The position numbers were made by a program, and so were the translations under genes. A stretch of DNA of 64,000 nt from positions 19,274,711-19,338,710 of the forward strand of contig MU054187.1 of the NCBI GenBank assembly GCA_013239625.1, given 5' to 3'. Source of the stretch: Lama guanicoe. Lineage: Eukaryota. Positions 1-10,690 of this stretch are shown one piece after another. The stretch's first letter is position 1. Each line of letters opens with the position of its first letter. The notes under the pieces are model-generated. The model did no database searches. It was not told the origin of the DNA and saw only the letters and a program-made list of their open reading frames with translations.

Positions 1-134
1 TCAAATACAATTAGTTACTCAGTTGTACGAGTCAAATTTCAAGTGCTCAACAGCTTCGTGTAGACTGTGGTCACCGTATTGGTGCAGCCACAGAACATGT
101 CCATCTTGGTGGAAGGTTCTATTGGACAGGGCTG
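1..134. mobile_element. MER3/MER33-like hAT-Charlie DNA transposon remnant (cut by window edge)
   Basis: tttcaagtgctcaacagc...cgtattgg...agaacatgtccatc...gaaggttctattggacagggctg. Confidence 0.75.
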
Positions 135-358
135 TCCTAGAATCCTGAAGGCACTGGGAATTTTCCAAGGCTGCCATCTGCAGAGCTTCCCATCTGGTGA
201 TCACAAATGGGTGATCTCAAGTAGGTCGTGGGGTATCAGGCCCTTAGCTCCAGGTGAGGAGGGACCAGAAACCCCTGGGCTGGTCCAACTCGGCTCCAGC
301 AGAGCGCGAATTCATCCTTTTCCCAGAGGTGCTGGAAATGGTACGTGCTCGCTCTCTC

Positions 359-518
359 TTTTTTTTAATTGAAGTATAGTCAGTTACAATGTGTCAATTT
401 CTGGTGTGCAGCACAATGTCTCAGTCATGCATATACAAACATATGTTCGTTTTCATGTTCTTTTCCATTAAAGGTTATTGAATATAGTTCCCTGTGCTAT
501 ACAGAAGAATTTTTTTTT
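359..518 (-). mobile_element. Short L1 3'-end fragment (artiodactyl/camelid type)
   Basis: ttttaattgaagtatagtcagttacaatg...gaatatagttccctgtgctatacag, the typical L1 3' terminus. Confidence 0.85.
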
Positions 519-2639
519 AAAGATATGTCATGCCAAGAAAACCACAGGAAAGCATCACCTCTGTCTTTTGAAGGAAAGAGACTTAAATCTTATCAAAGAT
601 AATGTCACTTGACTTCTGAGACTTTCATAAAAAGCCAAATCTCTGCTTCAAGGTTCACAAAACTATGCTAAAAAGTAGGTTTGCAAACCTTGTTACTCTC
701 CCAGACAGTTTCAGGACCCGCGGAGGGAAGAATGGCCTTGACTGTTTCCTCCTGGGCCAGTGCGGGCAGGTGGAAGACTCTGACTAATCGGAAAGTGAGT
801 TGGTTGCTCACGTGTTTCTGGAAATACCCAACTGGGCCCAGGTAGCGGCTCAACCACTGTGGATCTGCTCTGCTCCCCCATCCTGCTCACGGAGCGCATG
901 GCCTGGGGGGACCCAGGGGGCTACCGCCGGACCCTGCTCCAGGATTCCACGTGGAAAATTTTGATGTAAACAGCCCTGCAACCTTGGCTAGTTAGCTTCA
1001 CGAATTCTGAGTCCTGAGTGGCAATCAAATAATAACAGAGAGCAAATAGCTCGTGCTGGGTCACGAGCCACTGCTTACTGGGAGTCAGTGGTTTCAATCC
1101 CATGCAGCCCCGATCGATGGATGGATCACGGGGTTATGTTGCCAGGAGCTGGAGCGGCAGGTGCTGATTAACAGAAAGGATGTCACACCTGGGCAGGACC
1201 AGCTGTGAGCGAGGAGAGCTCCTAGGTGGGGCCGTAAGACCACAGTCAACCCATCACAGCCGAATTACGGCTCCAACCACCACTTCTTCTCTTAGCTTCT
1301 ATGAGAAAATGCCTGCTGGAGCTCCAAGCTGAGGCACCCCCCTTCCCCCCGCCTCTGGACTTTTTGGACTAGGATTTGAAGGCAGCTCCTCTGGGGCTGA
1401 GGAGTGAGTCTGGGATGTATCAGAGCTGGAATCAGGGGTGGGGAGGGCGGGCTGACTACAGGGGTTTCTGCAGCCTGGGGTGACACTGTGCAAGTTGTAC
1501 ACGATTGAGAAGCTAAGAGAGAGGCTCTTGAAGACAGCTGTGTGTGTGCGTGTGTGCTCCAGCACACACTCCCTCTCACCCACTCATGAGAGAGGCCAGT
1601 GGGGAGTCACTAATGAAGGATACGGCACACGAAGGGTCAGTTTCCCTTTTATCCACCTGCCACTCTCCTTCTGTCTCACCCAGGGCTGCTGGTGGAACCA
1701 AAGGTCTCGAACAGCGGCTCTCAGCCCTGAGCAACGTCAGGATCCCCTGGAGCACTGGCTTCCAGTCCCCGAGCCCCACCCCCAGGAGAATGCGCTCTTC
1801 TAGCAGACTCCAGGTGGAGCTGCCGCTGGTCCAGGCCACGCTTGAGAGCTTGCTCATGAGAGCTGCTCACATGAGGACATGAGAAAGGGAAGAAGATGGA
1901 GGTGGAAGCCCCTCCCCCAGCATCCACCACTCCTGCCAACCGGCACCAAGGACAGCGGTGGAGGCGGGGCGGGGGTGGGGGGAAGCAACAGCCTTCTCTC
2001 CCGTGTACCTTCCGGATGCCCGAAATGAGAAGTGGGGACACAGACCATCAGAGATGACAATGGGGGGTGAGAATGAGGGTAAAAGGGAGGATGGTGCTTA
2101 GAAGCCCAGAAAGCAGTGGGTGAGTGAGGCGTGTGCACACAGAGATGAAAGGAAGGAACCCCTCCAGGGGCTCCCAGGAGAGGAGTCCTATCACTTCCAT
2201 CGCATGAGCCAGAGGAGCCCCTTATCCACAGGGCAGGGCGTGGGGACTGGAGCCACTCCTGGGTCAGCTCGGAACCTGGCTGCTGGCTGCATGTTTCACA
2301 CCAGATCTCGCATGACATGCCTGACTCATCCATCCTTCCTTTTTGTGCCTTCTTCCCCGACCAGACCAGTTAATGCCTGATCTTGAGAAAGTATGTCTGG
2401 GACAGGAAGCATCTTTACCGTTCTAGCCAGCAAACATGAGGGTTGACCCATCCCCCAGCTGCTGGAATTGATCAGCCAGTTAAGGGCAGGCGCCTGAGTG
2501 GAGAAAACACGGTGGATCTGAGAGGCCCACTGGGCTTGTCAGGACCCTGCAGGACACAGAAGGTTACAGGAAACCCAGCAAGGCCAGGCCATGTCTACGG
2601 TATCTGTGGTCCCAGGCTCCGGTCAGCTTAATGATCAGC

Positions 2640-3062
2640 TGTTTGGGTTGAACTGTATCCTCCCCAGATTCCTATACTGAAGCCCTAACCCCCAATACCT
2701 TAGAAGTGACCTCATTTGGAAACAAGATCATTGCAGATGAAACTGATTTAAGATGAGGTCATCTCGGAGTCCTTAACAAAGGGGAGCTTGGACAGGGACA
2801 GACACATACAGGGAAGACAGTGTGGAGCGTCACAGGGAAGATGCACGGGACAGCAAAGGCAGAGAGCTCCACACGAAGCATCACCAAGGACCGGCAGACC
2901 ACTGGCAGGCACGGGTTTGCCCTCGGAGCTCTCACAGGCAACCAGCCCTGCTGCCACCTTGATCTCGGGTTTCTAGCCTCTAGAACTGTGAGACGATGTA
3001 TTTATTATTTAAGCCATTCAGTTTGTGGTCCTTTGTTAGGACAGCTCGAGCCAACCAAAACA
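2640..3062 (+). mobile_element. MLT1 (A/B/C-like) MaLR solo LTR
   Basis: TG..gggttgaactgtatcc...gtgacctcatttggaaac...accttgatctcgggtttctagcctctagaactgtgaga...gtttgtggtcctttgtta...ACA. Confidence 0.85.
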
Positions 3063-3345
3063 CCAGGCAGAGGCAGGACAGAGACCTCCTTGCGGTAGGC
3101 TGGAGGCTGAGGATGTTTCCAGTTGCCCCACGATTGCATCGGTTTCAGGAACCCTCCCAATCATCGGCCTCCGGCCGCGGTGAATATAAACCTGCAGAAA
3201 GAGGACACAGCCCACGGAGCCAGTTAACTCTGCTGAGTTCCCTCCCTCAGCTTCCTTCTGGTTGTGAGCTTGTGGGGACACGCTCAGGTAAGTGGCCGAT
3301 ACTGTAAAGCACACACGTCGTGCAGACGCGTGCTCGCGGGCTCAC

Positions 3346-3397
3346 CACGTTCATCAGGGTCTCGTGGTCCCCGCTGTGCGGTCTCGGTTTCTTTTCT
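3346..3397 (-). CDS. PAG1: PAG1 second coding exon, 52 nt ((R)EKKPRPHSGDHETLMNV)
   Basis: Acceptor TTTTCCATTTCAG| and donor GTG|GTGAG. Phase joins the preceding exon (AG+A = Arg). Peptide matches PAG1 REKKPRQHSGDHENLMNV. Confidence 0.97.
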
Positions 3398-4665
3398 CTG
3401 AAATGGAAAAGGAAACGCGGCTGTAACATGCAACGTGCCATCTAAAACCTAACACACACTCCCCTTTCCTCTCTGAATTTTTACCATCCTTTAAGTCTCT
3501 CTTTTTAGAGCCAAGTTTACTTTGCCAAGGAAGCAAAAGCCAAGCAGTTTACTCTCTTCCTTCTCTGCAGGCGGCAGGGTCGGAGGGGGTCAAGTCCCAG
3601 CAAGGGGCTGGTCACCCCTCCTGGCCTCCCTTCCTCCAGAAGTAGAGTATACGAGTCAACAGCAAGAGACTGGGCCATTTCCCTAAGCAGGCACTGTTAA
3701 TATCTAGACTACTAGAATGAGTTACGCTTTTTTTTTTAAATTTAGGAAATCTGGACAATTCTGTTCATTTTTTTAATTCCGTCTTTGCAAAGTCACACAC
3801 TACAATGGGACTGAGAAAATAAGGAAAGTACAACTTTTGGCATGTTGGGACGGGTACATGCTCTCAGGATGAGTCATATGTACTTCCAGTCTATGGAAAA
3901 GTCCATCAAGTAAAAATAGAATTTATTTTTACTCAGGACAGGCTAAAGAAAGCCATCAGTACTGGACGCCCTTTCCCATATATGTATGAGGCAACACTGA
4001 CACCTAGTGGGAGAGTAAATAATTACAGAGGCAGGCCCTTCCAGGCCCAGGGGAGGGAACACTTCCCTGGCCTCTGTTTCTTCATCTCCTGGCCAGTCAG
4101 ACTCTGTCCCGGCCCTGGACACAAGGGATTCAGAGGCTGCTTGAGTTCAGAGGGCCGCATTTTCCCTTCTCGATAGAGACTTTAGGGTAGGAAGCCACAT
4201 CCAGACTTTTAAATGACTCTTTTTGAGTCTCTTCCGAGGTCATTAAGAAGAGTTTGGAAGAGGGCTGGCTGGCTGTCAGCTGATCTGCGCTGGCTCCCAG
4301 CAGCAGCTGACTCCCCAAGGAGCTGCATATGTTGTAACAATGTCTGAACATCCGGAAAATCACTCCTGCTTCTCTCCAAGCAAAGATCTCTTTTGTTGGG
4401 GGGGTGGGGTGGGGTAACACATTTTACATGAAGGAATCAAAGAGGGAGGAAGCGGGGTAAAGGAGAGAGGGAGACAAAGAAGGAAGTATAATTCTTAAAA
4501 AAAGACAAGATCATTTCACACACAGAATGTCTCTTTTAGGAAAACAGATCTGTTTCTTGAGAAACTGCAGTTCTAGATTACAAATCTTTAATAAAATGAC
4601 CCTCCCTCCCTAAAGCCACGGAGTAGCAGAAGTTTTCAGTAACTCTCAAGTGGCAGCAAAATGGT

Positions 4666-4764
4666 TTTTTTTTTTCTTTTTTAAATGGAAGTACCGGGGA
4701 TTGAACCCTGGACCTCGGGCATGCTAAGCATGTGCTCTACCACTGAGCTATATCCTCCACCCCC
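4666..4764 (-). mobile_element. Vic-1-type tRNA-Ala-derived SINE (short form)
   Basis: Reverse complement GGAGGATATAGCTCAGTGGTAGAGCACATGCTTAGCATG...GGTTCAATCCCC + poly(A); A and B boxes; TSD-like caaaatggt/caaaatagt. Confidence 0.9.
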
Positions 4765-5090
4765 CAAAATAGTAGCTTTAACGCATGTCATATTTAGATT
4801 TCCAAATGTCCACAGACGGAAACAATATAAATTTTGGAAAGATGTGCTCATCAGAGCAGCAAACATTTCCTTTGGGGGAGGTTCATATAAAAGGGTTCTT
4901 CCAGTTTGCTTCCTAGCATTTCATTGAACTAATAGAAAATGTCCCTGGGCCCCTTTGCAGCAGAGAAGTCAGTTAACCTCCAGAATGTCTCTGTGATGAG
5001 ACGCCATTTATCACAGGCTTTATATACAAAGTCTTCCGGGTCCATGGAACGTGTTATCTTTAGGTTCTAGGAGACACAGGTCGCTCTCAC

Positions 5091-5215
5091 CTGTCACAAC
5101 TGGAACACAGAAAGACGAGGAAGATGATGAGGAAGAAGGCGGCGACAGCGGCCAAACTTCCCCACAGGACGACCTGCGTTGGTCCCCCGCTCAGCATGCT
5201 TCCCTCGGGTCCCAT
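5091..5215 (-). CDS. PAG1: PAG1 first coding exon, coding part ([41 protein letters not shown]+AG)
   Basis: Manual translation matches the PAG1/Cbp N-terminus ([11 protein letters not shown]...[10 protein letters not shown]) with TM helix and CSSC palmitoylation motif. ATG in good context (CCATCATGG). 125 coding nt end at donor CAG|GTGAGA (GT at 5090-5089). Confidence 0.97.
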
Positions 5216-5300
5216 GATGGGGCGTGGAGCAGCGCAGGCTGATGGAGTCGGTGGTCAGTCCTTCCAAGGTGGCGACATAGGGGCACAGGGCTGCGTCCTC
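5216..5300 (-). other. PAG1: PAG1 5'UTR part of the first coding exon (85 nt)
   Basis: Acceptor GTCGTTCTCTCTGCAG| (AG at 5302-5301) directly upstream of the coding start. Confidence 0.85.
5255..5278 (-). other. uORF MSPPWKD* in the PAG1 5'UTR
   Basis: ATG TCG CCA CCT TGG AAG GAC TGA; weak Kozak context (CCTATGT); same frame as the PAG1 ATG. Translation not demonstrated. Confidence 0.6.
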
Positions 5301-5603
5301 CTGCAGAGAGAACGACATGTGTTTTGACAACTTCTCACCTGAAGTGCCGGGATCTGGAGTGAGTTCATGGTGGTGGGGGGGTGGCGGGGAGGAGGGTCTC
5401 CGCAGAGCAGGAAAGTGGGTGCGGAATGTACTGGACTCGATTTGAAATCCACCGTCGAGGCAAGTCCCATCTGGGCAAGTCCCCTCCATCGTCCAGGCCT
5501 TTGTTTTCTCACTCAAAATGCAAAGCAGGAGTGTGCAGTGCCTAGCACAGTGTTTGAGGCAACGGATGCCTTATTATTTTGGTATGTCTGGGAATAGATG
5601 TAA

Positions 5604-5662
5604 TTTATTTTTATTTATTTATTTTATTGAAGTATGCTCGATTTACAATGTTGTGTTAATTT
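5604..5662 (-). mobile_element. Very short L1 3'-terminal fragment
   Basis: T-rich tail followed by attgaagtatgctcgatttacaatgttgtgttaattt. Confidence 0.65.
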
Positions 5663-6039
5663 ATGTTGCGTGGATAGATTCTTCATGTCTCCAAATAAAC
5701 TAAGAGTCTAAGTATTCCACAGCAAATAAACAGATGGCTTATCTGGATTCCTTTTTTTTTTTTTTGCCAGAACAGTGTAAAGCATTTATTACGGCTTTCT
5801 CCAAAATGTAGTTTGCATCTTCCCCACCTTCCCACACCTGCTTCTCTTGGAAAAGGTTTAAGGTCCATACAATGAATGAAACAGATTATCTTTCTATTCA
5901 CCTTCATAAATAGGTACCTGTTCTGAGTCTGCAACTTTATTTTCAGGGCCAGCTTTCACTAAACCTCTGAGAACACTTTCAAAGGAATGGACGAAAGTCT
6001 GTGCTAAGAATGCCACCGCCAGCGGCAAATAAGACCTAT

Positions 6040-6245
6040 TTATCAACAACTACAAATTGAGCAGCTGTCCTTGGGATATTTTAGTACCTGGCGTGGGCCT
6101 GGGACTCAAATGCTTTCCTCATTTAATCGCTGCCACTAGCCTGTAAAAAAGGCACCACTAATCCTCATTTTTCCAGACAAGGGAGCTGAATGCAGAGAAC
6201 CGCTAAGTTCCCCCAAGGTGCCTCCGTGCTAAGTGGCGGTCTTGG
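6040..6245 (-). mobile_element. MIR
   Basis: ctcatttaatc...taatcctcatttttccagacaagggagctgaatgcagaga...ccaaggt...ctaagtggcgg. Confidence 0.6.
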
Positions 6246-6261
6246 CCCCTAGAGGGCGCTC
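6243..6261 (+). promoter_or_regulatory. CTCF motif
   Basis: TGGCCCCTAGAGGGCGCTC, one mismatch from TGGCCACTAGAGGGCGCT. Confidence 0.55.
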
Positions 6262-8095
6262 CTCCTCACCGGGGGCTACGGACCCCCGCTACCCCCACCC
6301 CGCCCCGTTCCAATGTGTCTAAATGAAAACGCCAATGAGTTCCGTGAAATATTGAGTTCTAGATTTTGAAAAATAGAGTCCTATGTCACATCAACGATGA
6401 TCTCCCTTCAGAGATGTCTTTTTAAAGAGCATTTGCTTTGCTCCATTCTAGAACATTCTAACTTAAACGAAACAGCCTTTAAAGTCAAGTTTCAAGAATA
6501 AAGTCAGCGAATGAATATTTTTGTCATGATAATGAATCAGAACTCAAAATTTTTTTTCTCTTGAAAAAGACCATTTATGTTTACACGTTCCTTTGTTTCC
6601 ATGAAAGAGCTAGAATTCTGTCCAGCCATCACTGAGTATCCACAACGAGTCAGCACTTGGGTGGTTCAGTGGCTAACTGGAGTGCATTGCGGTTCAGCGA
6701 GACCAAATCTTCTCCAGGTGAAATGTGTCACATTTATTTGAATACTTAAAGGTAAAAAAGAATGAAAAACTGGAGAACAAGAAACTTTTATCTACAGGGA
6801 TGCAGAGGGAATTCTAGAAGATGAAATCGATTGTTTTCTGTACACCCTGAACCAACAGGAACATTTCCTAATGCTCTATACATACACAAGCGTACACTTT
6901 CCTGGGTAATGCAGAACGTCTTTCTTCCTGCGTTGGTTATATATTATGCCTGGAAACACGACCTGCACGCTGTAATGGATGGTCACATTGCTTGGGCGTG
7001 TTTGCTCCTGGGCAGCTATAACTGAACAAAAATCACTAGCACTTCTCCCATAATTTGTTGAAGCAATGAATAATTCATTTTAAACTTACGCTACAAGTTG
7101 GCATCACAATGAATTATCAAAATACATTCAAGCAAGCACATATATCGTGGGGACCTATGAATACACATGAAATAAATTTTTCTATCCAGGTCCAAGCATG
7201 ACACAATTTACGAGGCACAAACAAAAAGTATCTGTTGTGTAGCTGTTTGTGCCTTCCTTTATTCACTCATTCATTCATACAATGATTTCATCCATGTCTA
7301 TTTATAAAGGGCCAGGTTCTTAGAAAACAGTTTGCTGTGTGAATTATTCCAAAACCACATATCCTTCCAGCAAGCTAGAGCAGCACCTCTCCCCGTTTCT
7401 GTACACATTTCTCTTCTCTCTTTCTCAACGGGGGAGGTGATAAAGTGTCATGAGATAAGTGGAGCCTCACCTAGCAGAGCAGTGTGAGGAGAAGGAAGAT
7501 AAAAGCAGATTACTATCAGCTACTGAATAAAGGATGCGACTCAGACAAAATGTGTCCAAACTCCTGGCTCACTCCCCTTCAATTAAAATTTGCAGAAAAG
7601 CTCTGGAAAGAAATACTTTTTCCAAAAGTTCTCATCGTGGATGAAAATCTCACAATGAAAAGACTGATCATAACCTGGTACATGTTTCTGAGTCAGATAC
7701 ATGGTAATCCCTAAGGACAACGGCTCCTACCAGGCAGCCTCCACCTCTGAGAAACCTCTAAGGGACCAGGAGCCACACAGGTCACAGCCGCGCGGGCAGT
7801 GCTGCAGGGGCGGCTGCCCTGGCAGGGGTCAGCGGTGGTGGCGGTGGGCACACACATGCCCTTTGACACTCACAGCAGGCCTCCCGGTGGGATTATTCCC
7901 ATTTTAGAGAAGGTCTGCACCACTGTTACTCTGGTCTCCTGGTCTCTTTTTTTCCGCCTGGACTTCTGTTTCCGAAATTCTCTTGCGGAATTACGTGAAA
8001 TTACGGAAAATTTTCACATTTCTTCTGTGGTCGTCCCTTTTTAAAATTTTGGTGGCTCATCTACTTGAGACATGACGGTCTTCTCCCAATGTGTT

Positions 8096-8151
8096 TAGAT
8101 GGACCGCCCCTCCCCCGTGTGTGTAGATGGACCGCCCCTCCCTCATGTGTA
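8096..8151 (+). repeat. 28-bp tandem duplication
   Basis: tagatggaccgcccctcccccgtgtgtg / tagatggaccgcccctccctcatgtgta. Confidence 0.9.
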
Positions 8152-9330
8152 TAAATGCACCTGGATGACTCCCGTGTTCCTCCTTGGTGAGGGAGAGAAG
8201 GGAAGCCCTGTGTGGATGGTCCAGGGCTTTCCAAGAAGTGGAATGGACTTTCTCCCCAAGGCTGGACCCTCATGCCCTGTTTTCCGGAGCTTAAATGCAG
8301 TGCTCAGGGTCCTCTGTGTAGTTTATCTTCAGCAGTGGGGGACTGGTGTCCTTCCCGGAGGCTGGAGGCTACTCTCAGGATTAGTGGTAGAGGGAGACCA
8401 CAAGGACTCGAGGCACAGGGTCTGGGAAGCAGGAAGTCATTCTGAAAAGGAAGGACCCCTGCAGCAAGGAGGGTTTTCCAGGCCACACACAGTGCACCTC
8501 TACCAACCAGGGTCCCTGTGGAAAACATAAGCCAAGGCTTCAAAGCCCCTGATGTTGTTACTGGTCCAGGGGACCGGCTTATTTCCTGCTAGTTCCTATA
8601 TAAAGTAAGACACCTTCTGAGCATCCAGAATCAATCCACACCAGCAGAAATACAGGAATGACTTGGGGTGATAGCTCAGGATTTTTTCATGGAGATATTT
8701 AAGCCTATTTCTCTCAGTCCTGTCCTTACCTGACTCAATAAAATTGCATTCAATTATAGAGTACTGTTTCTTCAAAGTTAAAAAAAATCCTGTTGTCAGA
8801 CCACCTGTGTAAATATTCTATGAGTTATTCAACATAGGGCAAAGAAGGGCCATCCACTGGACCTCAGCTAACATTTATTACTGCACCTGAATGCCCCCAC
8901 TAAGATGTGCTGCAAAAGATCATAATATTAATGAAACGGCAGATTTAGTTTAATTGTTCTACATTTTTTTTTGGCTTTGTTTTAGATCGGCTTCACCACT
9001 GGCTGCACTGACGTACAATCGTGATCAGAGGCTGTCATTTGATATATGATATTGCTTTACAAGAGTCTGTGGCATTTCCCCTGCCCCCGAATTTTATATC
9101 ATCCCAGACTCCTGTGGGAACTGTCTTCTGGCCCTGAGAAAGGTCGGTGCCTGAGTTTATAGGACTTCTCTTGGGGGTTCTTTCAAAAGTTGGGCTGGAT
9201 AACTATTTTGGACTAAAAGCGCCATAATCTCTCATACTTTTATATTCATTCATTTCGTGATTTGAATCAGTAAGCGATCAAATCTTAGAAAAATCGATGG
9301 TCTTTTAACTTCCAAAGCAGGTGCCACTTT

Positions 9331-9349
9331 TAGCCACAAGGGGGCAGTA
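9331..9349 (+). promoter_or_regulatory. CTCF motif
   Basis: TAGCCACAAGGGGGCAGTA closely matches the CTCF core TGGCCACCAGGGGGC(A/G)(G/C)TA. Confidence 0.6.
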
Positions 9350-10410
9350 CAATTCTATTCTCAACTCCTCCAGGAGCGACTGGTTATTCTTGCTGTTTGT
9401 GCCTATGCTGAGCATTTTAATTGTCTTCATCAGCCTGGAGTATCAGCCACCCCCGTCAGTTCCAACAAGAAAGAAAACAGAAACCGGATGACAGTAATGA
9501 AAGTTACAGCCCAAATACCAGCTATTTATTTCTGAACCCAAACACATTTAACAAGCTAGGTAGGTGCTCTGACCACTACAAATTCTGTAAATTGTAATTT
9601 GATAGAGTTGGGACGGCCGGTGAGATTAGCCACAGAAGTAGACGCCTGGTTCCTTTGAAGCCAGTTGAGGTCAGTAATGACAGTCATTACCCTTTTACAG
9701 CTGTCCCAGCTGACTCATCATTGAGCCTGATGGAAGCCACCTTCACGCATGACCCCTGACTGATGCTCAAATAAGGAGGTCAAGGACCCCTCCCCAGTGG
9801 GAACGCCTCCTTCCCGCTCATCACCAGGTGTGGGAACCACGCAGTAAAAGGACACTTTACAAGCCACGGATTAACCAAACACATTGAACGAGGGCCCAGG
9901 AGCCAAATTCTCTGCTGGGTTTCTGTCCTTGAGCAGCAAGTGGGCGGACACATGGGCTACGGCTACGTGAACCTCTCAACAGAACCCTCCAGTCTCCTGA
10001 AAGCGTTTCAAGCTGAAGTATTTACATTCAGGTAGACTTCTCTCTTCAGCCTGAAGGGCTCTGTCGGAAGACAAGCCAGCTACGCTGAACTCTGAGTGAG
10101 CGTTAACCGGGTCTGGGGGAAAGACCGAACCACTTCAGCAGACCCTTCCTGTCCGCCCTGGCCCTGCCAGAGTGCAAGGTTTTCTGCCAAGAGGGAGCAA
10201 AGATCTCCCCATTTCTTTCTTTCTCTGAGTCAGGGGGGTGGGCATGGGGGTGGGGGAGCACACCCAGAGAGCGGAGGGTGGTAAAGGACTCCAAGTTAAT
10301 ACTGTCCTCCTTATAGATTCCAAAGTCATTTTATAACATCACTTTGGAGCAGAATCTTGACATTTCTTTCCACAGCAGCTTGAAGCACGAGAGGGAGGGA
10401 CCTGGAAAGC

Positions 10411-10690
10411 CCTGGCATCGCCAAACAGACCCGCCGTCGGGGCTCGCCGCCGCCGCCGCGGAAAGGCCCAGGCGCTCCCTCCGGGCGCGGGGTACGCATC
10501 CTCGAGGCGGTCGGCGGCGTAGCCCGATTCCATCTTCTACGCTCCCCACCTATTGGTCCGCACCGGAAATGGGAAATCTGACCCTTCGGCGGCGTTTGGC
10601 TGTCACTTGTCTACAAAAATACACTAAACGTATATTCCAGAAGGAACAGTTTGCTGCTTAGCGAAACCCTCCCGCCATTTTGGATTTTGC
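10411..10690. promoter_or_regulatory. Intronic CpG micro-island with promoter/enhancer-like motifs
   Basis: About 27 CpG in 10411-10600, (GCC)n tract, ATTGG (CCAAT box) 10552-10556, CCGGAAAT (ETS) 10563-10570, CCGCCATTTTG (YY1) 10672-10682. Confidence 0.55.

Noticed and set aside
1959..1982. G-rich tract as canonical G4
   Set aside because: Only three separable runs of three or more G.
1..3345. Next PAG1 coding exon (PSDKEMFSRS...)
   Set aside because: Searched by eye and not found; probably lies beyond position 1.
10339..10533. ORF MESGYAADRLEDAYP... in the CpG block as a gene or retrocopy
   Set aside because: No recognisable homology, poly(A) or TSD; GC-rich DNA is depleted of stops.
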